A stretch of 63,957 nucleotides of DNA, filler included. It is 8 parts of 8 records of this genome, joined end to end, with 100 filler letters (N's around TTAATTAATTAA, not from the genome) between each part and the next. Parts side by side here need not be neighbours in the genome. Positions count along the whole stretch, not along the records: positions 19,848 to 32,970 come from SRR31156797_47806; positions 33,071 to 41,949 come from SRR31156797_47807; 6 more parts are not named here. The stretch is one strand, 5' to 3'. Positions within the stretch are counted from its first letter, which is position 1. Each line of letters starts with the position of its first letter. The notes under the pieces are model-generated. The model was not told where the DNA came from and did no database searches. It saw only the letters and a program-made list of their open reading frames with translations. This document shows, in pieces, positions 27,636 to 37,699 of the stretch. Both the position numbers and the translations under genes were made by a program.

Positions 27636-29045
27636 TTACATCCACCTGTACAATGCTTTAACCATCCACAGTACACGGTCATTATAGGGTGGATAGATCA
27701 TACCCAGTGATCCCCACTTCCGATGGATCACACTTCGCTTGTTGGAGAACTCCATAAAGCAATGAAAACCAAGTGACTTACCCATGCCACTGTTGCTGAC
27801 CCCTCCAAAGGGAAGGTCCGGGTTGCTGTATCCAAGCATGTAGTCGTTGATAATTGTTCCACCGGCAGGATTACCATCCATGAAATATTGGATGCCCTTC
27901 CTGTCATTACTGGCAATATAGAGCATCAGCGGATTCGGATGCCTTCGAATGATATCCTTCACCTCTGATCTCTCGTTGTAGGTAATAACAGGTAGAAGAG
28001 GACCGAATATCTCTTCATGCATGATGTTCATGTCCTCAGAGATATTGTCCAGCAATGTTGGCGGAATGAAAAGGTCATCCTCTTCAAAATTCCCTCCTGT
28101 AAGCAGGCTGGCACCCTTGTCCAGTGCATCCTGGTACAGGGAGCGAAGTCTCAGAAAATGATGGTTATTTATGATCCTGCAGTAATCAGGTGATGTTTCC
28201 GTACCCCTGCCGGACCTGTTGTAGAGTTCTGTGATCGATGACCTGAACTCTTCGATGAGCTCTCTTTTTTTAGAATCGTGAACGATAACATAATCAGGTG
28301 TAACACATGTCTGGCCGCAGTTTATCGATTTAGCCCATGCCAGTCGTCTTGCTATCCGGGGGATGTTCGCAGTCTCATCTATAATAGCAGGTGACTTTCC
28401 TCCAAGTTCCAGGGTAACACTGGTGAGATGCTCTGCGGCTTTTCCCATGACTATTTTACCTACACGAGGGCTGCCTGTGAAGAAAATATGATCAAAAGGT
28501 AGTTCCAACAGTTTTGTTGCTACCGTTGCATCACCTTCCACAACAGCCACTTCCTTCGATTCGAACAGTTCGCGAATCATCTTTTTGATGAAGATGGAAG
28601 TATGGGATGAGATCTCACTTGGTTTCAGTATAACAGCATTGCCTGCTACTATGGCATAGACCAGAGGTACAAGGGAGAGGTTGAGGGGAAAGTTCCACGG
28701 GGACATAATAAGAACGACTCCCTTTGCTTCGTAGCGGATATAGGACCGGGTCCCGAGCAATGGCAACGGAGTGGAGACTCTCTGGTCCCGATCCCATTTG
28801 TGGAGATTCTTTTTGATATAGGATATCTGGGTCTGGATAACACCCACTTCTGTCGCTATGACCTCGACCTCTGGTTTTCGCAGATCATTGTAAAGAGCTT
28901 CATAAAGCTCCTGCAGGTTATTCTCATCCTTAAGATAATTATCGATACGAAGTACACGCTCAATCCTTTCTTTTACATCGAGTGTTCCCAATCCGGGAGC
29001 CTCTTCTTTCTGAGACTGGAATATGGTTCTGATGTCTGGTTGCAT
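27636..29045 (-). CDS. Aldehyde dehydrogenase (ALDH3/coniferyl-aldehyde-like)
   Basis: PWNFP, LKPSE, FTGS, LELGGKSP, GQTCVTPD, EEIFGP, PFGGV. Confidence 0.92.
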   Translation of the reverse strand: MQPDIRTIFQSQKEEAPGLGTLDVKERIERVLRIDNYLKDENNLQELYEALYNDLRKPEVEVIATEVGVIQTQISYIKKNLHKWDRDQRVSTPLPLLGTRSYIRYEAKGVVLIMSPWNFPLNLSLVPLVYAIVAGNAVILKPSEISSHTSIFIKKMIRELFESKEVAVVEGDATVATKLLELPFDHIFFTGSPRVGKIVMGKAAEHLTSVTLELGGKSPAIIDETANIPRIARRLAWAKSINCGQTCVTPDYVIVHDSKKRELIEEFRSSITELYNRSGRGTETSPDYCRIINNHHFLRLRSLYQDALDKGASLLTGGNFEEDDLFIPPTLLDNISEDMNIMHEEIFGPLLPVITYNERSEVKDIIRRHPNPLMLYIASNDRKGIQYFMDGNPAGGTIINDYMLGYSNPDLPFGGVSNSGMGKSLGFHCFMEFSNKRSVIHRKWGSLGMIYPPYNDRVLWMVKALYRWM

Positions 29046-29099
29046 CGTGTGTATCACTTCGTTCCGTTTGTTCAAATTTCTCGATTTTTCTGTTGTATC

Positions 29100-29951
29100 T
29101 TAGACTGAGATGAATCCAAGTAAGAGGAATATGTAGAAGGTTGTAAGCATAAATCCGGCAACAACTTCCTTTGTGTTTCTTGATATTGTCCCTTTTGAGA
29201 ATCCATCGATGGTCATGCAGACCCAGAGCAGGAACACATAACCTGCCATGAGGGATATCAGTGAGAATTCCGGGTGTGCCCATGTACCAAGTATTTCTCC
29301 CGTAAGTTCTGTAAGAACAGTGAAGAAAGCCACGAAATATGCAAGTCTTACTCTCTCAAGCGTCCCGAAGAGCATAAGTGCCAGTGCGAACTTCGCCAGT
29401 ATACTGACCGGTTTCAATGCCATATCAAATACCGTGTAGTCAATTGCTATCAATACAGCAAGACTTACCGGGATGAATACACTTGTAGAATTGAACCATC
29501 TCTTCTCAGAATATGTTCTTTCGAATATTTCCCACAGGTTATAGGATGACCAGAATATCGTTCCGTAACCAGGTATGAGCCAGATGGGTGATCCGCCTAT
29601 GAATCCTCCAAGGTATGTGAAATATCCGTATCTGACACCAAGAAGTTCATGGACATAACCGAATACTGATGCTATCACAAGGAATATCCTGCCTTTATGG
29701 TCGGTGTTCTTCCAGAAAAGCATCCATAACAATGAAAGTACTATAGTTGGTACGATCTCGTCAACAGTAGCCCTATAGTATGTCAGGACACCGAATATCG
29801 TTGAGAGCATAAAAATGAAGAAATAATGTGAATCATTAAGAAGGATCTTGCTCTTCTCCTTAAGTGAAAGTTTAACATATTGGAGTGGCAGAGGATCTTG
29901 AAGAACCTGTGTATCTAAGAATATCTTTAATTGAGATATCATATCGATCAC
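29100..29951 (-). CDS. Hypothetical multi-pass membrane protein
   Basis: About 8 hydrophobic segments, with ELLGV..GYFTY and ELTGEILGTWAH half-repeats. Confidence 0.65.
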   Translation of the reverse strand: MIDMISQLKIFLDTQVLQDPLPLQYVKLSLKEKSKILLNDSHYFFIFMLSTIFGVLTYYRATVDEIVPTIVLSLLWMLFWKNTDHKGRIFLVIASVFGYVHELLGVRYGYFTYLGGFIGGSPIWLIPGYGTIFWSSYNLWEIFERTYSEKRWFNSTSVFIPVSLAVLIAIDYTVFDMALKPVSILAKFALALMLFGTLERVRLAYFVAFFTVLTELTGEILGTWAHPEFSLISLMAGYVFLLWVCMTIDGFSKGTISRNTKEVVAGFMLTTFYIFLLLGFISV

Positions 29952-30018
29952 TACATTTTTGTTTATTTTAGATGGAATCGGATTCAGAAATCCAGTTTTG
30001 TTGTTATGTCTCCCTGTT

Positions 30019-30055
30019 AAAAAAATAAAAAAGCCAGTGTTGATAAGTCACTGGC
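30019..30055 (-). terminator. Terminator downstream of mtbA
   Basis: Minus strand GCCAGTG-loop-CACTGGC followed by TTTTTTATTTTTTT. Confidence 0.65.
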
Positions 30056-30208
30056 CAGGGAAGTGTGGAGGTAGATCTCCAGATGAAACCTGTTCTCATG
30101 AATTTACTGTTCAGGCCCACCTAACAAAGGAATAATCTCTCCTGAGGGGAGGTAATTGAACATGAAAGATACACAACTGGAAGAGATTATCTTTGATCGG
30201 GATTTGTT

Positions 30209-31228
30209 CTAATACTTGTGGCCTTTGGCCATTTCGACCATTGCCTGGATATTTGCATTCGGGGTCTTACTGACGATACCGCATCCAGGTCCCAGAAGGC
30301 CTACTCCTGCATCAAGTACATCCTGTGATACAGCTTTTATCTCCTCTGGTGACATTTTCCAGAGGGCACTCACTGGGTCAAGGTTACCGACGATAACTGC
30401 TTTATCTACCTTGCTTAAAGCGTTGGCAACATCCACATTCTGGTCTACACTTATTGCATCCACTCCAGAGGATTCCATAAGTCCGAGACTTGGTGTTGTA
30501 TCACCGCAGATGTGTATCACCGTTGCAACGTTCATTTCATGCATTGCATCAACAATTTTCTTGTGTGCAGGCACGACGAACTTCTGGTAGAATTCGTCAC
30601 CGATGAGCATTGCACTTGCAGTAGGATCGATGATAACCATTGTGTCTGCACCGTTCTCAACCATTTTCTTTGCATATTCGATATTGAACTCGGTTGTAAG
30701 CTCCATAAGTGCTTGTCCGAAATTCTCATCCGTCATGATGGCCATGAACCAGTCATCACCATTCATATGCTGTGCAAGGGAGAAAGGACCGAGCATACTG
30801 CCCATTATTGGCAGTTCATCACCGTATTTATCTGTAAGGATTTTGATCGCCTCACATACAACGCCGATCCTTCCATGGCTGAGGTCATATCCCTTAAGTT
30901 TCTCGATGTCCTCTATCGAGCTAACCACATGTCCAACCACGGATGGCTGCTGTTCTTTAGTACCATCTTTTATCTTACATCCGAAGAACTCGGCCTCTGC
31001 TGTGATATCAAAGGGAACACGAACAGCTTCCAGACCAATGACGGTGTGACCTGCTTCTGCAAGTGTTGCCATCTTCTGTGCATCCTCGTTAGCTTCCGGC
31101 CAGAAGGCACCACAGGCCTCCATCTGTTCTACGGTTCCGGTTTGTGTAACCGAGATAGCTGGCATCCTGTCAACTGTTTCTCCTCTTAATGCACGGGCCA
31201 GTCTCTCTTTAGGTGTGTATTCATCCAT
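30209..31228 (-). CDS. mtbA: Methylcobamide:CoM methyltransferase, methylamine isozyme
   Basis: [12 protein letters not shown]...[37 protein letters not shown], Zn ligands HICG and GC; matches MtbA rather than MtaA as I recall them; start ATG 31228. Confidence 0.88.
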   Translation of the reverse strand: MDEYTPKERLARALRGETVDRMPAISVTQTGTVEQMEACGAFWPEANEDAQKMATLAEAGHTVIGLEAVRVPFDITAEAEFFGCKIKDGTKEQQPSVVGHVVSSIEDIEKLKGYDLSHGRIGVVCEAIKILTDKYGDELPIMGSMLGPFSLAQHMNGDDWFMAIMTDENFGQALMELTTEFNIEYAKKMVENGADTMVIIDPTASAMLIGDEFYQKFVVPAHKKIVDAMHEMNVATVIHICGDTTPSLGLMESSGVDAISVDQNVDVANALSKVDKAVIVGNLDPVSALWKMSPEEIKAVSQDVLDAGVGLLGPGCGIVSKTPNANIQAMVEMAKGHKY

Positions 31229-31600
31229 TGAAGTGAACTCCTGTAATAATTTGAATTTATACTTATAATTGTGATCTAAGATCCCCAGCAAGGGACCCGG
31301 AAACTATCTTGTTTTTGGTTATTATGTGAAATGGATATAGAGATGAACGGGACCTTTTGATTTCTCAATTCCTGGAATTTCTAGTTGTCAGGGTCCCGTC
31401 ATCATACTGCAGGGATTTGGTGCGAATCGATTGTTGTCAGACTGCCGGGGATCTGAGTTGCATATTTCGTATTTCGACAGTCTTGTGCTTTCTGATGGTT
31501 GGTTTGTGCGTTTATCCGGATGCTTTGACTAGGGTATTATCACAGATCCGGATATGTTTAATGTGCTTATCTTCACCTGGTTCCTGCAGTCATTTTATCT

Positions 31601-32266
31601 TTAGCCCCACCTTTCAGGTGCAAGTGCTGCAGCAGCTTCCTGTGCCCATCTTGCAGCTTCCATGGCATCGGTCTTCGTTGCATCTGCACCGATCTCATCT
31701 GCAAAGTCTGCAGTGACAGGTGCACCGCCGATGATGACCTTCAGGTTATCCCTGATGCCTTTGCTCTCAAGGCTGTCCATGACCCTCTGCATGTTGTCCA
31801 TTGTTGATGTCATGAGTGTGCTCATGGATACGATGTCTGCTTTGTTCTCAGCAGCTGCATCTGCGAACTGCTCAACAGGTACATCCTTTCCAAGGTCAAT
31901 GGCCTCGAAACCTACAGCACTCATCATTGTCTTGACCAGATTTTTACCAATGTCATGTACATCTCCTTCGACACTACCGATAACAAGGACCTTTCTTGCG
32001 CCTTCTCCCTCACTCTTGATGTGTGGTATAAGTAAGTCCATGCCTCCGTACATTGCATTGGAAGCCATCAGAAGATGTGGCATAAATGCCTGCTTTTGCT
32101 CATATCTCTCGCTCATGATCTCCATGCCCTTTGCAAGACCATTGATCACTGCTATGTAAGGGTCAATACCTTCGTCCAGTGCCTTCTGTGACAATTCGAT
32201 TGCCTGGTCTTTCTTTCCGTTAACAACTGCGTCTGTAAGTCCGTTGATGATCTCATTTTCTTCCAT
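31601..32266 (-). CDS. Methyltransferase cognate corrinoid protein (MtbC/MttC-like)
   Basis: B12-binding EGDVHDIGKNLV, SxL-MT, IIGGAPV; GGAGG RBS before ATG 32266. Confidence 0.9.
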   Translation of the reverse strand: MEENEIINGLTDAVVNGKKDQAIELSQKALDEGIDPYIAVINGLAKGMEIMSERYEQKQAFMPHLLMASNAMYGGMDLLIPHIKSEGEGARKVLVIGSVEGDVHDIGKNLVKTMMSAVGFEAIDLGKDVPVEQFADAAAENKADIVSMSTLMTSTMDNMQRVMDSLESKGIRDNLKVIIGGAPVTADFADEIGADATKTDAMEAARWAQEAAAALAPERWG

Positions 32267-32659
32267 AGAATGCCTCCAATATCTTGTCAAGATCCAGGAA
32301 TTGGATAATTTCGTTATCACATTCCTGAACATTGGTTTGTAAATGATTTAGTACGTCAACAGAACAGACACTGGATCTGTAATAGTTGACAATTCTCCAT
32401 TGCCCTTATGAATATATATAATAACTTACAGTAATTAATCAATGAAATAATTATTATCGATACTATATTCTATATTCAAAATGTGAATCCTGCAGATTGG
32501 CTATTCGGAATCTACAGCTTGCAGGAAAACCCAGGTATGGAAAAAATGAATACCTTTGATATTATCAAAAGCATGGATATATCGGTCTCTGGATAAAATG
32601 TAATCTCATTGATCAGAAGAACTTCAAATAAAAATATTAGATACCTTTTAGATGAATGG

Positions 32660-32970
32660 TCAGATATTCCTTGCTATCTCGTTAGCCCCTGTGATAGCTC
32701 CCCATACTTTTCCGGGTTCACTTGCATCCCCCACGGAATAAACTTCAGGTGCAGCATCCATTCTCAGCAGTTCATAATAAAGTCTATCATCCGCCTGTCC
32801 GCCAGTGGCAAAGATCACTAGATCCGTATCGATAACGATATCCTCTACATCGTTCTGATCGGTCTTTTTTTCAAAAGGATTTCTTACATTCTCAGGTATC
32901 AGTGGCTTCCAGGGCATGTAAGGGTCCGTTCTTCCCCTGTTAGCTTTGATATGAACCCGACCATCTGAAA
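32660..32970 (-). CDS. C-terminus of an FAD-dependent (NADH:flavin oxidoreductase-type) protein, 5' truncated
   Basis: DLVIFATG...YSVGDASEPGKVWGAI..ANEIARNI. Confidence 0.75.
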
Positions 32971-33070
32971 NNNNNNNNNNNNNNNNNNNNNNNNNNNNNN
33001 NNNNNNNNNNNNNNTTAATTAATTAANNNNNNNNNNNNNNNNNNNNNNNNNNNNNNNNNNNNNNNNNNNN
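32971..33070. other. Artificial contig spacer
   Basis: N-run/TTAATTAATTAA/N-run. Confidence 0.98.
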
Positions 33071-34665
33071 TCCTGAGAGAGCTCCAGCTTCAGTTCGTAT
33101 GAGTAATCCTCATGATAATCGTAGTTCTCTCCGCTGTAGGCGACGACGGCAAAATACTCCCCCGCGGGAAGATAGCTTCGTATCCTGGCGTTGTAACCGT
33201 CCCCCGAGTCATCATCCTCCTCCAGCATATTGTCTATCACATCTTCCGAATCCCCTTCCGAGGCGCAGAGCCCCATGACCGTGTCCGTATCACCGAAGGT
33301 CTGAAGGATCACCCAGCTCGGCCGTTCCAGGGTAAACCGGAACCAGTCCCAATCCTGCTCATGGGAGAGAGAGCGTCCGCCGAGCCTCTTCCCGACGGGA
33401 ATGAGAGGCGCCGTAGCGGGAGAATTGTCCACATCCTCATAGGCATCGGCGGTGGTGTCGACGGACCTGAGAGAACCGGTCAGACCGTATTCCCCGCTGC
33501 TGCCGGAATCCAGGCTGTAGGGTGTAGCCTTCAGATAGTAAAGCGCTCCCCCCTCCACGGTTTGGACAATCCTGGCGTTCCCGCCTTCCTGGCCCGAATC
33601 ATCGTCGTAGCTGATCAGCTCGAGATTCCGGTCATAGAGGGACAGAAGGGTATCCTGGCTCCCCAATGTCTCGACAGTCAGGATCTGAACGCTTCCAGCT
33701 TCCCCCGGGATCGTAAGGCTGACCCAGTCCTCATCCTCTGACGAAGAGAAGTTTTTGTTCTGTACGCTATTATCCGGAAGGAATCCAGACGCCTGAGAGC
33801 TATCATTGTCTGGTTCAAACTCATCTTTGAAGGGCTCCTTCAAGTCCCAGAAGAGGTCGTAGATCCCCTCGGTATCTGAGCTGTAGCCTTTGACGTTCAG
33901 ATAGTAGGTCCCGGCACGGTCAAGGACAACACGGATAAGAGCATTGCTGTCGCTGCCTGAATCGTCATTCTCCGCCATGACGGAGTAGGGATCGCTCTCG
34001 TGGTAGAGACTGAGAGTGGTATCCAGAGAACCGCGGGTTTCCACGTGAAGCTCGTACCCTGCCTGAGCCTGTTCTTCGGTCACACTGAACCGGAAGAAAT
34101 CCTCGTTTCCCGGGGTCAGGGTCAGCCCCTGGTCCTGGTAGCGGCTGATATCGATCTCGGAGGCATCACTGATCGAATCGTTGGGCTCCAGCATATCGGG
34201 CATCTGGGAACCGCCGGATGCGGAGACGCCGGGCATGAGAATCTGATTCCAGGCTTCGCTGCGGGGATAGGTATACTCGCGGACAGCGAGGAGGAGTGAG
34301 TTCTCCCTCTCCATAAGCCGAAGCATCAGGGAAACGGAAGAGGGAAATGCGGTTGCCGAAAGCTGAACACGGTAATCCGCTGCGTTACCGCTCTGGATTC
34401 GGATCCCCGAAGACCGTGCTGAGGAGAGGAGTGCCTCCTCCAGACGCTGGCCGACATAGGAACTGTAGAATCCCGGGCCCCCGTTGACCAGAAGTGGCTC
34501 CACCTGAAGCGTCGCGTCGCCTTCTCCCGACAAGGCTTCCATTACGGTATGGGAAGCGGCCGTCAGGAAATCATCGAGGACCTCTCCCTCCGCAATCTGC
34601 TGCGAATGAAGAAGCCCTCCCGTACAGACATAAAAGATCAGAAATAAAGTGGAAAAACGTCTCAT
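33071..34665 (-). CDS. Secreted acidic protein with three tandem PPC-like domains (3' end at contig edge)
   Basis: Signal peptide; three repeats of D.xEx(N/D)..S...A / DxF / DTxxxL / (N/D)DDSG...NAxI / YY. Confidence 0.75.
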
Positions 34666-35041
34666 AAATGCTCCTGTTTTATTAATGCCCAGCACCCTGG
34701 TCCCGGCGCTTGATCATAGTGGAAATAGGAAGGCAATTCAAGCCTTGGAAGCCTGTTCCTCCATTCATTATTGAGATGCCTGAGAGGGAATATGCTCATT
34801 AAGAAGCAGAAAGTCAGAGGAGACCGACGATCAGAGGATAGGGCGGATCAGGCTGGTCACAGACCAATCCTTTTCCGGCAGTTCAGGTCTCCGAAGCTTC
34901 CAACAGATGAATCCCCTTTCGAAAATCCAGGGCTCCACAGTTTTTAAGTAAAATTGGAAAATCCTTGTTCCTTCATCCTTGACAGCTCATCCGCAGACAT
35001 ATTATTAATTAACTAAGTAACTACCATACTAGGATGTCAAT

Positions 35042-35770
35042 TTGAAAAACAACAGCTGTTTCGATAAGATCATAGTGCCCGACGCCTCCCGGCTGATCAT
35101 CCGTCAGATATTTGAGAAGGTGAGAAGCGGAGAGCTGAATGGCGGAGAGCGGCTCCCATCGGAAACAGCTCTGCAGAAGATATTCGAGGTCAGCCGCCCC
35201 CAGCTGAGGGCGGCTTTCAAGCGGCTGGCGGAGCATGGCATCGTGGAGACCCGTCCCCAGAGCGGAACCTATATGGCCCCCTTCGGAGCCAAGATACTGG
35301 AAGGCCTTCTCACAAGCGTCCTCCAAGGCGAGGACGAACGGAACGATCCCCTTTCCCTGGCCGACACCCGCCGCCTGATAGAGGTCCATGCCGCCCGGCT
35401 GGCCGCGTCCCGTATGACGGGACAGCAGATGAAGGGTATCAGGGAGGCCCACAAGGTGTTCCGCCGATTTAAAGGCCAGGCCCGGGCTACGGACGACGAC
35501 TTCTATTTTCATCTTCTGATCGTCAGCGCCTCGGGCAGCTCTGTCCTCAACGCCCAGTACTGCGCCCTCATCCCCCGGATGATCCGGTTCTGGAGCCGGC
35601 TGGAACGACTGAATGAAGAAGAGATGAAGCGGCGCTCCGACGAGGCCTGCGGGGAACATGAGCTCCTTCTGCGGGCCCTGGAAGAGGGGGATCCCGAACA
35701 AGCCGCCCGGGCCATGAAGGCCCATCTGGACAGAAGCTATGACTTCGCCGAAGTTCTAAGGAGTAAGTAA
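35042..35770 (+). CDS. GntR/FadR-family regulator
   Basis: GERLPSE..L...FEVSR..LR.A..RL wHTH plus FCD domain (D..FH, EH, AMKAHL). Confidence 0.9.
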   Translation: MKNNSCFDKIIVPDASRLIIRQIFEKVRSGELNGGERLPSETALQKIFEVSRPQLRAAFKRLAEHGIVETRPQSGTYMAPFGAKILEGLLTSVLQGEDERNDPLSLADTRRLIEVHAARLAASRMTGQQMKGIREAHKVFRRFKGQARATDDDFYFHLLIVSASGSSVLNAQYCALIPRMIRFWSRLERLNEEEMKRRSDEACGEHELLLRALEEGDPEQAARAMKAHLDRSYDFAEVLRSK

Positions 35771-36916
35771 ATGACCGGAAGAGAAAGACTTTTATGCGTA
35801 CTGAACCGAGAGATCCCGGACAGGGTGCCGGTCAGTTTTTTCCTCCAGGAGGAGTACCTCTCCTGGTTCTATCCCGAGAGGGAAAAGGTGGGCCGGCTGA
35901 AAGACGCCGTGGACTGCGCCCGCTATTACGGATTCGATGTGACGACCCGGGAGAACGCCCTGATCAAGCCCTATTGGCTTCGGAAAAGCTATCCCAACTG
36001 GGAGCTGGACGATAAGACCTGGGTGGAGGGCGAGGTCTTTCACAGACAGTCCACCATCACCACCCCGGGAGGCGTTCTGACACAGGAGGAAGTGGCTCCA
36101 TACGATCCCCGCACCCTGGCGGGCTTCCACTTTCATACGAATGATTTTTTCATTAAGAGCAGCGATGACTTCGAGATCTTCCGGAAGTACTTTCCCGAGG
36201 ACAATGACGCGGGCTACCGCGAAGAGCGCAGGGAGGCCGCCCGAGCCGCCCGCGCGATCATCGGGGATACGGGAGTCGCCGCGCCCTGGGGAACGGGAGG
36301 CGTCTTCAATCAGATGGCCGAGTGCCGGGATATGCAGGAACTGATGATGGATCCCCTCCTCAACCCCGACTTCTACAACGAGATGGCCGAGTTCTTTACC
36401 CGCTGGCTGGTAAGGGACTACGAAAAGATGTGCGACACCGACTACGACGCCCTGGGTATCCAGGGAAACATCGCCAACGGCGGATTGATGGGAGAGGACT
36501 TCTTCGCCGACCATATCCAGAGCTACGAGCAAAGGATCATCGATGCGGTCCGCGAGGGAGGGAAATACTCGATCTACCACAACTGCGGCTACGCGAAAAA
36601 CCTTTATCCCTGTTACAGGGAGATGAAGATGGATGTGTGGGAGACCGTCTCGCCTCCCCCCCAGGGGGACAACGACCTGGCAGAGGCCAAGGCCTTCTTC
36701 GGAGACAGTCTGATCCTGTCGGGGAACCTGGACCAGGTGGATTTTCTCAAGAAGGCGAGCCCCGGCGAGGTCTCTGACAAGGTCGGGGAGATTATGGAAG
36801 CGGGCAAACCGGGCGGGAATTTCATCTTCGCCGCCTCGGACTTCCTGGAGAAGGATACGCCCGAGGAGAATATCCGAAGCGCCGTGGAGACGGCTAGGAC
36901 AGCGGGACGGTATTGA
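35771..36916 (+). CDS. Uroporphyrinogen decarboxylase/MtaA-CmuA superfamily protein
   Basis: MTGRERLL...PDRVPV, YHNCG, LSGNLDQ, PGGNFIF, TPEENI. Confidence 0.8.
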   Translation: MTGRERLLCVLNREIPDRVPVSFFLQEEYLSWFYPEREKVGRLKDAVDCARYYGFDVTTRENALIKPYWLRKSYPNWELDDKTWVEGEVFHRQSTITTPGGVLTQEEVAPYDPRTLAGFHFHTNDFFIKSSDDFEIFRKYFPEDNDAGYREERREAARAARAIIGDTGVAAPWGTGGVFNQMAECRDMQELMMDPLLNPDFYNEMAEFFTRWLVRDYEKMCDTDYDALGIQGNIANGGLMGEDFFADHIQSYEQRIIDAVREGGKYSIYHNCGYAKNLYPCYREMKMDVWETVSPPPQGDNDLAEAKAFFGDSLILSGNLDQVDFLKKASPGEVSDKVGEIMEAGKPGGNFIFAASDFLEKDTPEENIRSAVETARTAGRY

Positions 36917-36934
36917 GTTCAGGGGATGGGGCGG

Positions 36935-37699
36935 TCAGCGCTTCATCCCCTCGAAAAGCTTCTTTTCGTCGATAAGATCGATGGTGCCGGGCGCGACCTT
37001 CTGCTCGTCGAAATAGTCCCGGAACTTCTCGTAGATGGCGTCCTTCTCGATATTAAGCTTCCGCAGATGGACCTTCATGGCCTTGATGGCCTCTTCCAGG
37101 TTCCGCTCCTCGACAAGCTGAAGGATGCGCCTGTGGTGGCTCAGATTGGAAACGGAAACCCCGCTGACCGACATGGAGAGGTAACGCACCCGCCTGTAGT
37201 GGCTGGCGAAGCTGATGATGACGTTGTAGCACATGGATTTTCCCGCCATATCGAAGAGCATATGGTGGAACTCATCGTCCAGCTCCATAAAACGGGTGGT
37301 CTCCTCGCGGGAAAGGGCCTCCTCCTGAAGCTCGATATTCCTGTAGGCCTCTCTCAGATCGATGTTCTCATGATGCTGGATAAGATCCTCGATCACCGCC
37401 GTTTCCAGGGACTCGCGCAGGAAGCGCTCTTCCTTGACCCGCAGCAGGTTGATCTTGGAAACGAAGCTGCCCTTCTGGGGAACCACATCCACCAGGGCCT
37501 CGTTGGAGAGCTTGATAAAGGCCTCCCTCACAGGGGTGCGGCTGACCTCCATCTTCTCGGAGATATCCTTCTCACTCATCACCGTGCCGGGGATAAGGTT
37601 CAGATTGATAATATTTCTGTGGAGGATATCGTAGACGGTTTCGCTCGCGGTTCTGGGTTTAACAGAGTCGCCCCATTTCATCTTTGCCATTCTATGCAC
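36935..37699 (-). CDS. GntR-family regulator (FCD domain)
   Basis: PGTVMSE...VSRTPVREAFIKL..E.LV..VPQKG; LDDEFH. Confidence 0.9.
   Translation of the reverse strand: MHRMAKMKWGDSVKPRTASETVYDILHRNIINLNLIPGTVMSEKDISEKMEVSRTPVREAFIKLSNEALVDVVPQKGSFVSKINLLRVKEERFLRESLETAVIEDLIQHHENIDLREAYRNIELQEEALSREETTRFMELDDEFHHMLFDMAGKSMCYNVIISFASHYRRVRYLSMSVSGVSVSNLSHHRRILQLVEERNLEEAIKAMKVHLRKLNIEKDAIYEKFRDYFDEQKVAPGTIDLIDEKKLFEGMKR

Noticed and set aside
30040-30120. Cobalamin riboswitch (CACTGG...GGGAAG) near corrinoid genes
   Set aside because: The motif is one arm of a terminator hairpin downstream of mtbA; other B12-box elements are missing.
30209-30211. Pyrrolysine readthrough of the mtbA TAG stop
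   Set aside because: The protein is already full length relative to MtbA and the extension has no recognisable features.
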